NCBI RefSeq assembly: GCF_006345805.1
Contig: NC_043000.1
Coordinates: 140,430,001-140,494,000 of the forward strand
From: Octopus sinensis
Lineage: Eukaryota
Direction: 5' to 3'
Length of the DNA stretch: 64,000 nt
Positions 24,466 to 36,469 of the stretch are shown here, piece after piece (position 1 is the stretch's first letter; every line of letters begins with the position of its first letter). Below the pieces are notes generated by a model. That model saw only the letters and a program-made list of their open reading frames with translations, did not search any database and was not told where the DNA came from. The position numbers and the translations under genes were made by a program.

Positions 24466-25930
24466 ACACTCTCACACAGAGTTACAGAAGGAAGTAAGAC
24501 ACATAAATAAGAGAGATAGCAAATTTCAGATGCAGACTATAAGAAGTTAAGATAGCAAAATAAAGTGACTAAATAACTATATGTCTGTGTATTTGCAAAT
24601 TATTGATATATATAATCAAAGTAAGCTAATCAGAATCTATAGAATTATATAATATACATAGAATCAGAATCATGTGTTTATGTGTACATTAACACACTCT
24701 CACACACACACACACATATATATATGCACATATATATGTATGTATGAGAGTGGGAGAGAGATTTACACACACGTATATTTATGTTCATGCAGGCATGTAT
24801 GTATGTATGTATGTATGTATGTATTGAAAGTAAAAGATTATTGCAATGGAAATCAAAGTTATCTAAGTGAATTCCATAAAATATTGTTTATAATACAGAA
24901 GAGACAGCAAGCAACATATAAGAATTCTAACTAACTGGATAAACTACATATCTCTTTAAATGAGGATGTCTGCATACTTTTTTTTAACATTTAGTTCTAA
25001 ACATTAATCATTTAATATTTATTTACTTTTTTTTTCCCAAGGTTTACATTTATGCCTTCATCTTACTTTCAAATTCTTCTTTTCACTTTGAAGATTAACA
25101 TTTTAACATTTTATTTCTTGTTTACTATCCAGTCCTTTTTTAGGTTTTGAAGGCAAACTACATGTTCAGATATGTGTTTTGTGTTTGGTATTTTGTGTGT
25201 GTGTGTAGTGCAAGATCTTGGTGTCCAGGTAGCTATATTTTCCAAATACTTTTTAAACTAGTATGTGCTTACCACAAAATAAAAGTTCCTTTTGTAATTC
25301 CTGTTATAATATAAATTTACAAAAAAATATATAATTTTTCTATATCAATCTTTTGTTTGTTCCAAGCATAAAATGAAGCATTTTAAATATTGCAACAATT
25401 TCGACAGATTCTATTTTTAGCAGGATTCTATTTATGCATCATTTACTTTACAGGGGGTGTATTTGTTGCATTTTATACCTTGAGTGTCTGTGCATTTTTG
25501 GTAGAATAATTAGTGCAAAGTATTTTCCGTTAAAACAAACCACTTTATTACCAATGTCTACATATTTCACCTTTGGCACGACTGATGAGTCTTTCCTACA
25601 CAATGTTGCCAGACATATTATAGAGTTTAGAAGTTACACTTCATCATGGCACCTATACTAGAGTAGTTCCTTTGTCCCTAGCAAAGTTCAGAAGTTCTCT
25701 CTATGAATTATTGTCTTCTTTCACTAGAATCAGAGGTTTCTTTTATTTTGACAAGATTAGAGAGAGAGGGGGAGAAAGAAAGAGTAAGATGAAAGTCTGT
25801 CATGAATGGTAAAGTAATTGTAGAGTGTACATATATATATAATATAATAACAATATAATAAATAAATAAAATATATGCATATACACATACATATATGTAC
25901 ATACTTACATCTATATGTATATATATACAA

Positions 25931-25969
<39 letters not shown>

Positions 25970-26138
25970 TACAGGACACCACGAATAAACGTAGAACACA
26001 ACGAGAAACGAAGACATAAAATCAAACAAGGAAACGGACTTTTTTAACAACGAAAAAACAGAGTACAGGACAAATAATACAAGGAAAATTCCCCTTCATC
26101 AGCTCCCCCTGGTTCGACTCAATGTGTGGTATGTATAA

Positions 26139-26180
<42 letters not shown>

Positions 26181-26500
26181 TTATATATTTATATATTGTG
26201 CAATACAAGCAAGAAGATGGTGTTTAGCTAAATGGTAAAGCACTCAGCCGGAGTCTTGAGTGACGTGGTTTCATGTCCCATGGCTGTTTGTTGGCAAATT
26301 TTTCCACTTTGTAAGGGTATTTTACTCAGTATTTCTGATTTTCTAATGGCAACTCGGCATTCAAAAACATGCCATCTTCTTGTTTGTATCATATACATAT
26401 CGCTGTTTCTAATAAAAAAAATATTAGTTTGTTTATATTTATATACACACAAACATATATATATTATGTATATACAGACACACAAATACACACTCACATA

Positions 26501-26535
<35 letters not shown>

Positions 26536-26545
<10 letters not shown>

Positions 26546-26867
26546 ATTTTGGAATGGTCATTTTGCCAGTTTAGCTAATAAAAACACACGCACTATATAT
26601 TTGGTGTTATTTTGCTTCAGTGTTATTTATTTTTTACATTAATCTTAATCTTGTTTCGGCCCGAGTTCTTTCGTCACACTCCTGTGACCACATCAGTGGT
26701 CCTTTGTTTTCTTCTTTCTTATTTGTGTGTCTCCTTACTAACCGTCAGCCATTTTGTATTTCTATTGTATGTCTTCATTTGCGCATGCTTATATATCTAT
26801 GTGCATCTATGTTTATTTATTTTATTGGCTAAACTGGCAAAATGACCATTCCAAAATACAACAATAT
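26536..26867. repeat. Fold-back cassette with 48-bp inverted arms (26536-26583 / 26820-26867)
   Basis: One mismatch between arms; follows (TA)n. Confidence 0.9.
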
Positions 26868-27485
26868 CTGTTTCAACACACGACTTCACATAAAATATCT
26901 TGCACAACAAATATATAAACGTACTATATATATATATATATTTATATAACCTGTCATTCATATTCATTTTTTTAAGCGTTGATTCGTAACTCTAAATCCC
27001 GTTTCTCTATTATTTATTTCGCCATCTTCTATGCATGGCTTCCTGTCTGTCATGCATTTTAAATTCCTCCTTTAATTTCAGTGTCATCCCGTTATTATTC
27101 CATTCCCAGAATTCACTACAAAATATTCTCTCTCCTATTTATATTATGTTTTACTCGAACCCCGAAGTTTCTAGATGTTCAGTAATTTCTGTTGCAGAAA
27201 ATTCCCTACGAATTAACTTAAAACCTGTTGTTCCTTCGAGGTGACCCCGCCCTCCCACCCATCCACCAGAACAGGAAGTTTCTTTTTTCTATCTTTCTTG
27301 ACCCCCCCCCCGCACCCCCATGTAGGGTTTATTGTGATCATATAGCGCAAAAACTGTGAAATGTATGCAGGTTGTAGTCTAGAGTCTCAGTATGATATCT
27401 GGCAAATGCAAGCTTTCTTTTCAGGTACATAACACTGCTGTCCTCATCCCAGGGTCTCAGAGGCCCACACCTCCCACACCTCAGG

Positions 27486-30400
27486 GTGGGCACCCTCAAC
27501 GTTGGCACACTGAAAGGTAGGTCTGGCGAGATAGTCGAGATGCTTGAACGGAGACGTGTTGATGTATGTTGTATGCAAGAAATAAGGTGGAGAGGAGGAT
27601 CTGCAAGTCTAGAGGAGGATCTGCTAGGCAAGGAACACAGGTACAAGATTTTCTGGGCAGGGAACACTGACGGGGTTGGTGGCGTGGGTATACTTATCGC
27701 TGAGAAATGGATAGATAGAGTAATTGAGGTAATCAGAGTAAGTGACAGAATACTTAAGATTAGAATAGTGCTTCATAATAGATTAGCAACCATTATATCG
27801 GCCTATGCCCCTCAGCCAGGGCTACCCGATGGACAGAAAGACAGTTTCTATGACACCCTACTGCAGACCACCTCATTGACGAACGACAGGGACCTTCTCT
27901 TTGTGGCTGGTGATTTCAATGGGCATGTTGGACGACATGCTGGGGGCTTCCATGGCGTACATGGAGGCTACGGTTATGGTCCCCGCAACGAGGAGGGAAC
28001 CAGGCTGCTGGAGTTCTGCGATGCGAATAGTCTTATGGTCTGCAACACTAACTTCAGGAAACCAACAAGCCACCTGGTCACCTACCGATCGGGCCGGCAT
28101 ACTAGCCAAATCGACTACATCCTTGCCAGAAAAAGGGAAAGATGGCTGCTTATAAATGCCAAAACCTTCCCGGGCGAAGAATGCACCCCACAACATAGAC
28201 TGATAGTTAGTGACTTTAGGATCAGGACTAAGAGGGCGACTAGAAGACGACCAACATGGAGAAGAAGGGTCTGGAAGCTTAAAGACCCTGCGAATGGACA
28301 GAGATTTAGAGATATGTTACTTGAAGCCTTTGACGAAGTGGAAGGGGGTATAGCTACACATGGGGTAGAAGACAACTGGACGTTTCTGAGGGACAACCTG
28401 CTGAAAGCCGCTGACCAGATCTGTGGCTGGTGCAAAGTCCCCTTAAGACCCAAAATAACGTGGTGGTGGAACAATATTGTTGACAAGGCTATTAGACAAA
28501 AGAAACAGGCTTGGAAGGCCTGGAAGAACGGTGGTAGCAGGGAATGGTATCAGACTGCCAGAAGGGAAGCTAGGAGACAGGTCTATCTAGCCAGAGGGGA
28601 AGCAGATAAGAGAAAATTTGCCAATGTCCTGCGCCGTGAGGATGAAAGACTTGAGGTATTTCGTGTTGCAAGACAGTGTGTGAGAGAGAATCGTGATGTG
28701 GTAGGAGAGAAATGTGTTCGCATGAAGGATGGTTCACTTGCGCTAAATGAGGATGCAAAGAGAGAAGCTTGGAGACGCCACTATGAAAGGTTGCTGAATG
28801 AGGAAAATGAATGGGATAAAGAGAGTCTGCCGAATGTTGACCCTACAGAGGGACCAGCTATCCGAGTTGATAGTTCCGTGGTAGCTAAGGCAATTAGAAG
28901 CATGAAGACAGGGAAAGCCCCAGGCCCATCAGGAATTACTGCAGAGATGCTCAAAAGATCTGGCAGTGTCGGCTATAACCTAGTCACCCGTATAGTCAAC
29001 CAGGTGTTACACGAAGGAGTCATACCCAATGACTGGTGCAGCAGCATACTAGTCAACTGCTACAAAGGTACAAATAATTACAGAGGTATCAAGCTGTTGG
29101 ATCAAGTAATGAAGGTTACGGAGAGGGTCATATCCCAACTAATTAGAGAGAGAGTTAGTTTAGATGAGATGCAGTTTGGGTTCGTGCCAGGGAAAAGTAC
29201 CACTGATGCTATATTCCTGGTAAGGCAGCTGCAGGAGAAATACCTAGCCAAAGATAAGCCCCTGTACCTGGCTTTCGTTGACATGGAGAAAGCTTTTGAT
29301 AGGGTCCCCCGATCCCTTATCTGGTGGTCAATGAGGAAACTAGGGATAGATGAATGGCTGGTGAGGACTGTGCAAGCCATGTACAGAGATGCCGTAAGTA
29401 AGGTTAGGTTGGCAACATGTACACAGAAGAATTCAAAGTAGAGGTTGGGGTCCACCAGGGTTCAGTACTCAGCCCCCTCCTATTTATCATAGTACTCCAG
29501 GCAATTACGGAGGAATTCAAGACAGGCTGTTCCTGGGAGCTCCTCTACGCTGACGACCTTGCTCTTATTGCTATCAGAGTCACAATCAGGACTGGAGGAG
29601 AAGTTCCAGGTGTGGAAGGAGGGTTTAGAATCAAGGGGCCTTAGAGTCAACCTAGCTAAAACCAAAGTACTAATAAGTAGGAAGGTAGACAATCCACAAA
29701 TGTCTTCAGGAAGATGGCCCTGCTCGATCTGTAGAAAAGGTGTATGTAGGTAGAAACTCTATAAGATGTACCCAGTGTAAGCTATGGACACATAAGAGGT
29801 GCAGCAATGTCAAAGGTAGGCTAACTGGGAAGATAGTTTTTGTATGTGGCAGATGCTCGGGAGCATTAACCTCCGAAAATCTGCAGAAAACAACTTCCGT
29901 CACTTTCCAGGGGGAAAAACTAGAAGTAGTTGATAGCTTCCGTTATCTAGGTGACCTAGTCAGTAGTAGGGGTGGGTGCGCTGAAAGTGTAACTGCTAGA
30001 ATAAGAATAGCCTGGGCAAAGTTTAGGGAGCTCTTACCTCTGCTGGTGACTAAAGGCCTCTCGCTCAGAGTAAAAGGCAGACTGTATGATGCGTGTGTAC
30101 GAACAGCCATGCTACATGGCAGCGAAACATGGGCCGTGACTGCTGAGGACATGCGTAAGCTCGTGAGGAACGAAGCCAGTATGCTCCGATGGATGTGTAA
30201 TGTCAGTGTACATACTCGACAGAGCGTTAGCACCTTGAGAGAAATGTTGTACCTAAGAAGCATCAGTTGTGGTGTGCAAGAGAGACGATGCGCTTGGTAT
30301 GGTCATGGTCATGTGGCGAGAATGGATGAAGATAGGTGTGTGAGAAAGTGCCAATCCCTAGCAGTTGAGGGAACCCGTGGAAGAGGTAGCCCAGGAAAAC

Positions 30401-30515
30401 CTGGGACGAGGTGGTGAAGCACGACCTTCGAACTTTAGGCCTCACTGAGGAAATGACCAGCGACCGAGACCTTTGGAAATATTCTGTACGTGAGAAGACC
30501 AGGCAGGACAAGTGA
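27486..30515 (+). pseudogene. RTE endonuclease/reverse transcriptase ORF, disrupted
   Basis: Track ORFs 27486-29441, 29417-29644, 29559-29753 and 29740-30417 are consecutive pieces of one polyprotein. Confidence 0.92.
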
Positions 30516-30632
30516 GCCCAGCCCACTTATGAATGCCTTTCCTCCCTTGGACACAAAGACCTGTTGAGGCAAGCGAAGTCGATATAGAACCTCATCCGAC
30601 GACAGACACCCATACCAACCCCCCATGCTTGC

Positions 30633-31040
30633 GAAGACATGTTGGGGCAAGCGAAATCGAAATCGAAACCAAATTGAACCAGCCAGGATCCCTGGCCTGG
30701 TGGTACGTAAAAAGCACTATCCGACTCGTGGCCGTGGCACGTAAAATACTCCAATGCGACCGTACGACAGGCACCCATGCCAACCCCCTTTGCTTGTGAA
30801 GACATGTTGGGGCAAGCGAAATCGAAATCGAATTGAACAGCCAGGATCCCTGGTCTGGTGGTACGTAAAAGCACTATCCGACTCATGGCCGTGGCACGTA
30901 AAATACTCCAATGCGACAGGCACCATGCAACCCCTTTGCATGTGAAGACATGTTGGGGCAAGCGAAATCGAAATCGAATTGAACCAGCCAGGATCCCTGG
31001 TCTGGTGGTACGTAAAAAGCACTATCCGACTCGTGGCCGA
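30633..31040 (+). repeat. About 2.7 copies of a 146-165 bp unit in the RTE 3'UTR
   Basis: GAAGACATGTTGGGGCAAGCGAAATCG starts at 30633, 30798 and 30944. Confidence 0.9.
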
Positions 31041-31664
31041 TGCCAGCACCGCCTCGACTGGCTTCCGTGCCGGTGGCACATAAAATACACCAATCTGACC
31101 GTGGCCGTTGCCAGCCTCGCCTGGCACCTGTGCAGGTGGCACGTAAAAAGCACCCACTACACTCACGGAGTGGTTTGCGTTAGGAAGGGCATCCAGCTGT
31201 AGAAACATTGCCAGATTAGACTGGAGCCTGGTGCAGCCTTCTGGCTTCCCAGAACCCCGGTCGAACCGTCCAACCCATGCTAGCATGGAGAACGGACGTT
31301 AAACGATGATGATGATGATACAAATATTTATATGAACAGACTGTTTCATGTTAAAGCTCTTGTAAAAAGGACAGAAGTGAAACATTCATATATATATTAA
31401 CATGATAAGACTTTATCAAACTTTTGAGAAAATGTGAAATAATTCCTTTTTAGAATAGTGAATATCAAAACACATAAAACTATAAGCAACAGCATGTAAA
31501 TATTGAACCTAAAAACAACTTTGAATAGAAAAATTCAAAGGCAGACTTCAAATATTTCTATCTAAAATGATTCTTTAACCCAATATTTACTTACAGTTCT
31601 ATATTTAAGAGATGAGGAATTATGCACATTATTTACATTATTTACATTCGACGGATATTTGTCC

Positions 31665-31960
31665 TCATCTTGTTTGTTGTTAACACGTTTCGGCTGATAC
31701 ACCCTCCAGCATTCATCAGGTGTCTTGGGGAAATTTCGAACCTGGGTTCTATTTCCTAAGGTATATTAACAACTACACCATATGCCCATGGGTATATGGC
31801 ATAGTGGCTACTAACCCCAAGATTCCGATTTAATTCCAAGCAGTGACCTGAACAATAACAATAATTATAATAACATTGAAAAATACCTTAGGAATGAGAA
31901 CCTAGGTTTAAAATTTCCCCAAGACACCTGAAGAAATTGTGTTAACAAAAAACAAGATGA
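31665..31960. repeat. Fold-back cassette with damaged hammerhead motifs
   Basis: Minus strand GACAC-CTGATGA-A-TGCTG..CAGCC-GAAAC-GTGTT (31682-31724); the plus arm CCCCAAGACACCTGAAGAA lacks stem II. Confidence 0.75.
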
Positions 31961-31970
31961 AGATGGCATC

Positions 31971-32340
31971 CTGGGTAAGTATCTTCTGCTATAGCCTCGG
32001 GCCGACCAAAGCCTTGTGAGTGGATTTGGTAGATGGAAACTGAAAGAAGCCTGTCGTATATATATATATGTATATATGTATACATATATATATGTATATG
32101 TATGTATATGTATGTATCTGTTTGTGTGTCTGTGTTTGTCCCCCCCCCAACATTGCTTGACAACCGATGCTGGTGTGTTTATGGCCCCGTAACTTAGCGG
32201 TTCGGCAAAAGAGACCGATAGAATAAGTACTAGGCTTACAAACAATATGTCCTGGGATCGATTTGTTCGACTAAAGGAGGTGCTCCAGCATAGCCTCAAT
32301 CAAATGACTGAAACGAATAACAGAATAAAAGAATAAAAGT
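31971..32340 (+). mobile_element. SINE family A, 5'-truncated
   Basis: Homologous to about 210-525. Confidence 0.85.
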
Positions 32341-32355
32341 ATATATTTATATATT

Positions 32356-32668
32356 TACTAGCAGTATCGCCCGGCGTTGCTCGGGTTTGTAAGGGAAATA
32401 ACTATATAAGCATTTTTAGAGAGTTACTTCAATTATATAAAACCGAGTAAAAAATGCATTAAAAAAACGAAAAAATGATGGTAAATTTTTTTTTAAATCG
32501 TAGACTCATTGTAGACGCGTGCTAATACCCAGAAGGGCTCGATATGAATCACGACTATAAGAATCCCGCTTTTGGTTAAACTGCACCGCAAAATGTGGGA
32601 GTGGTTAGGAATCTAAATCGGAGTAGACAGACTCTCACACACACAACATAAATTTTATATATAAAGAT
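32356..32668 (+). mobile_element. Non-autonomous Helentron/DINE-1-like (HINE) element
   Basis: 5' TACTAGC..CCCG-GCGTTGCT-CGGG hairpin, GACA/CA microsatellite near the 3' end, terminal TTTATATATAAAGAT, T-rich flanks. Confidence 0.55.
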
Positions 32669-33068
32669 TTATTTATTTCCAGTATCCCAAATCTATCTAT
32701 TTTGTTTCTATTTATATAATTAAATTTCAATTGATGGTCTCATATATCATTTTTGCAGAGCTGTATTAGTTTTTTTTTTTTTTTTTGGTTGGTGCTTAGG
32801 GTTAATATGTATTTTTTTTATTAAATTAATTGAATCTGTTTAATAGGGATATTATTTCCTACGTATCATATGTACAGGGCTAGATTTTAATCAGTGGTTT
32901 CTTTCAATTGGTGAGTGTACATTTTACTTAAGGTTTGTTCCTATATTTATTTTTATTTATTTAATTAATGTAATTTCTTGAGTGTGTTTACTTATTTACA
33001 TATAATTTATTTAAAATTATTAGTATTATTAAATATATATATACTCATACACACATACCCTCACACAC

Positions 33069-33100
<32 letters not shown>

Positions 33101-33104
<4 letters not shown>

Positions 33105-33554
33105 AACACAGACACACATATAGTTTTTGTTATAAAGTTGATCTCGTTACACAATGCTATACGATTATTTCCCACTTGAGCTTATAGGCTTTATTCTTTT
33201 CTTTTATCTCCCAAATTAATCTACTTAGGCCAGTGCTAGCTATTTTCTCTTGTTTCTAAATGTACTTTCATGGTTGGCTATCCATTCTTTATTAAAAAAA
33301 ATTACTAATACACTCACATACACAAAAACTGCATACTGCTATCTCAGTCTATAATGAGCACTCAATCTATTAGGATGTAAAGAAATATGTCGATTTTAGC
33401 CCTGAAGAGATCTCTACCATCAAATTCTTAATGCAATTATTAATTGTTAAATGAATGAAGGTCGATGTTGAAACAATTGTATGCCTTATGTAAATGACAG
33501 TTATGTAAATAAATAGATTTTGCTGTATTCAAACTCTCTATCTTCATTATATAT

Positions 33555-33601
<47 letters not shown>

Positions 33602-33804
33602 GCACAGTCGTGGTTTTGTGGTAAGAAGCTTGCTTCCCAACCAAATTGTTTCAGGTTCAGTCCCACTGTGTGGCACCTTGGGCAAATGTCTTCTGACCAA
33701 AGGCTGACTGAAGCCTTGTGTTTGGATATGATAGACAGAAGCTGAAAGAAACCTGTCATATATATATATATACATAATACATATACATATATATATATGT
33801 ATAT

Positions 33805-33853
<49 letters not shown>

Positions 33854-34298
33854 ACAGACACACATATAGTTTTTGTTATAAAGTTGATCTCGTTACACAA
33901 TGCTATACGATTATTTCCCACTTGAGCTTATAGTCTTTATTCTTTTCTTTTATCTCCCAAATTAATCTACTTAGGCCAGTGCTAGCTATTTTCTCTTGTT
34001 TCTAAATGTACTTTCATGGTTGGCTATCCATTCTTTATTAAAAAAAATTACTAATACACTCACATACACAAAAACTGCATACTGCTATCTCAGTCTATAA
34101 TGAGCACTCAATCTATTAGGATGTAAAGAAATATGTCGATTTTAGCCCTGAAGAGATCTCTACCTTCAAATTCTTAATGCAATTATTAATTGTTTAATGA
34201 ATGAAGGTCGATGTTGAAACAATTGTATGCCTTATGTAAATGACAGTTATGTAAATAAATAGATTTTGCTGTATTCAAACTCTCTATCTTCATTATAT

Positions 34299-34335
<37 letters not shown>

Positions 34336-34545
34336 GCACAGTCGTGGTTTTGTGGTAAGAAGCTTGCTTCCCAACCAAATTGTTTCAGGTTCAGTCCCAC
34401 TGTGTGGCACCTTGGGCAAATGTCTTCTGACCAAAGGCTGACTGAAGCCTTGTGTTTGGATATGATAGACAGAAGCTGAAAGAAACCTGTCATATATATA
34501 TACATAATACATATACATATATATATATGTATATATATATATATA
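33101..34545 (+). repeat. Near-identical tandem duplication, period 746 bp, including a SINE A 5' half in each copy
   Basis: TATAAACACAGACAC at 33101 and 33847; outside the microsatellites I saw only about three substitutions. Confidence 0.95.
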
Positions 34546-34552
34546 CATATAC

Positions 34553-35848
34553 ATCATCATCATCATCATCATCGTTTAACGTCCGCTTTCCATGCTAGCA
34601 TGGGTTGGACGGTTCAACTGGGGTCTGGCAAGCCCGAAGGCTGCACCAGGTCAGTCAGATATGGCAGTGTTTCTACAGCTGGATGCTCTTCCTAACGCCA
34701 ACCACTCCGAGAGTGTAGTGGGTGATTTTATGTGCCACCGACACAGGTGCCAGACGAGGCTGGCAGACGGCCACGCTCGGATGGTGTTTTTTATGTGCCA
34801 CCGACACAGGTGCCAGACGAGGCTGGCTGACGGCCACGCTCGGATGGTGTTTTCTTATGTGTCACCGACACAGGTGCCAGACGAGGCTGGCGGACGGCCA
34901 CGCTCGGATGGTGTTTGTTACGTGCCCTCAGCACGGAGGCCAGTCGTTGCGGTACTGGCTACGGTCACGTTCAGATGGTTTTCTAATGTGCCACCGCCAC
35001 TGGTACCACAAGGATACAAATTCCATTGATGTTCATCTATTTTGATTTGGTTCGATTTGATTTGATTCGATACGATTCTCACTTGCCTCAACAGGTCTTC
35101 ACAAGTGTCACAAGAAGGAAGGTATGCACAGGTGGACTGACTACGTCCCAGGTAGGGGCCACGGATTATGGCTTCACTAGTCTTGCCGGGTCTTCTCACG
35201 CACAGCATACTTCCATAGGTCTCGGTCACTAGTCATTTCCATGGTGAGACCTAACGTCCGAAGGTCGTGCTTCGCCACCTCGTCCCAGGTTTTCCTGGGT
35301 CTACCTCTTCCACGGGTTCCCTCAACTGCTAGGGATTGGCACTTTCTCACACACCTATCTTCATCCATTCTCGCCACATTACCATACCAGCGCAATCGTC
35401 TCTCTTGCACACAACAACTGATGCTTCTTAGGTACAACATTTCTCTCAAGGTACTAACGCTCTGTCGAGTAAGTACACTGACATTACACATCCATCGGAG
35501 CATACTGGCTTCGTTCCGCACGAGCTTACGCATGTCCTCAGCAGTCACGGCCCATGTTTCACTGCCATGTAGCGTAGCTGTTCGTACACATGCATCATAC
35601 AGTCTGCCTTTTACTCTGAGCGAGAGGCCTTTAGTCACCAGCAGAGGTAAGAGCTCCCTAAACTTTGCCCAGGCTATTCTTATTCTAGCAGTTACACTTT
35701 CAGCGCACCCACCCCCACTACTGACTTGGTCACCTAGATAGCGGAAGCTATCAACTACTTCTAGTTTTTCCCCCGGAAAGTGACAGAAGTTGTTTTCTGC
35801 AGATTTTTGGAGGTCAATGCTCCAGAGCACCTGCCACATACAAAAACT
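34553..35848 (-). mobile_element. 5'-truncated RTE LINE, sister of 27400-31319
   Basis: VDSFRYLG...HGSETW...RGRGRPRKTW...REKTRQD*; highly similar to 29835-30515; (GAT)n tail at 34553. Confidence 0.95.
34730..34920 (-). repeat. Three copies of a 63-64 bp unit in the RTE 3'UTR
   Basis: ATGTG(C/T)CACCGACACAGGTGCCAGACGAGG starts at 34730, 34793 and 34857. Confidence 0.9.
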
Positions 35849-35920
35849 ATATATATACATATACATATATACAAAAACATATATACAAAAACATATATAT
35901 ACATATACATATACATATAT

Positions 35921-36008
<88 letters not shown>

Positions 36009-36346
36009 ATGTATGTATGTTTATGTATGTGTATTTGTCTGTAATTGTCTGCCTCCCCTCCCACATTCACTTGACAACTGATGCTGGAGTGTTTATGTGC
36101 CTGTAACAGCAGTTTGGCAAAGAGACCAATAAAATAAGTATTAGGCATACAAAGAATAAGTTCTGGGGGTCAATTTGGTTGACTAAAATCTTTTAAGACA
36201 GTGCTTCAGCTTTGCCACAATCAAATGACTGAAGCAAGTAAAAGAATAAAAGAATATATATATATAATTTGCAGCATGGATGGTGTTTATAAGCCATTTA
36301 AGAAACACACAAAAGCCGTTCGATTCACTTCAACATTTAAGTTTAA

Positions 36347-36396
36347 TTTGTCAAAATATTTTCGTCGCTAAAATCCGCGACCTGTTCACTGACAAA
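36347..36396 (-). ncRNA. Predicted type I hammerhead ribozyme, G3-C8 core variant
   Basis: TTTGTCA-GTGAACA-G-GTCGC(GGATTTTA)GCGAC-GAA-AATATT-T-TGACAAA. Confidence 0.55.
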
Positions 36397-36418
36397 AATC
36401 CGAGATGCAGCACGGATT

Positions 36419-36469
36419 TTTGTCAGTGAACAGGTTGCAGTCTTATAGCGACGAAAATATTTTGACAAA
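36419..36469 (+). ncRNA. Predicted type I hammerhead ribozyme, G3-C8 core variant
   Basis: TTTGTCA-GTGAACA-G-GTTGC(AGTCTTATA)GCGAC-GAA-AATATT-T-TGACAAA: 7-bp stem I, 5-bp stem II, palindromic stem III, UUU cleavage triplet. Confidence 0.55.

Larger units (their letters stand above)
27400..31319 (+). mobile_element. Near full-length RTE-clade LINE, frameshifted
   Basis: AP endonuclease (GTLNVGTL, CMQE, GDFNGHVG, SQIDYIL, PQHRL), RT (NYRGIKLL, QFGF, FVDMEKAFD, QGSVLSP, YADD, YLG), Cys-rich insert, HGSETW, tandem-repeat 3'UTR, (GAT)n tail. At least four frameshifts. Confidence 0.95.
34335..36255 (+). mobile_element. SINE family A split by an RTE insertion (5' half 34335-34495, 3' half about 36010-36255)
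   Basis: The two halves are collinear with 135-525 and the LINE lies in the central microsatellite. Confidence 0.75.

Noticed and set aside
17845-24475. Many YIYI/CVCV-rich ORFs in the track (also at 7694, 33547, 35761 and 58658)
   Set aside because: Translations of (TA)n, (TG)n and (TATG)n microsatellites.
25588-25625. CTGATGAGTC...GAC hammerhead-like motif
   Set aside because: ATAT follows instead of GAAA; no stem I or III.
25420-25700. Exon candidates on both strands (also 6550-6680, 41150-41200, 45810-45930, 46680-46920, 61150-61230 and 61700-61890)
   Set aside because: Multiple open frames, modest splice signals and no recognisable homology; cannot choose without transcript data.
26060-26115. 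Minus-strand CTGATGAAGGGGAATTTTCCTT
   Set aside because: A stem II is possible but GAAA and the cleavage site are absent.
27035-27330. Part of the RTE LINE or a second HAL1-like fragment
   Set aside because: No alignable similarity to either by eye.
30633-31040. CRISPR-like array (also 34730-34920)
   Set aside because: Contiguous units without unique spacers, inside eukaryotic LINE 3'UTRs.
35177-36148. 323-aa ORF as an intact gene
   Set aside because: Chimera of antisense SINE, microsatellite and truncated RTE C-terminus.
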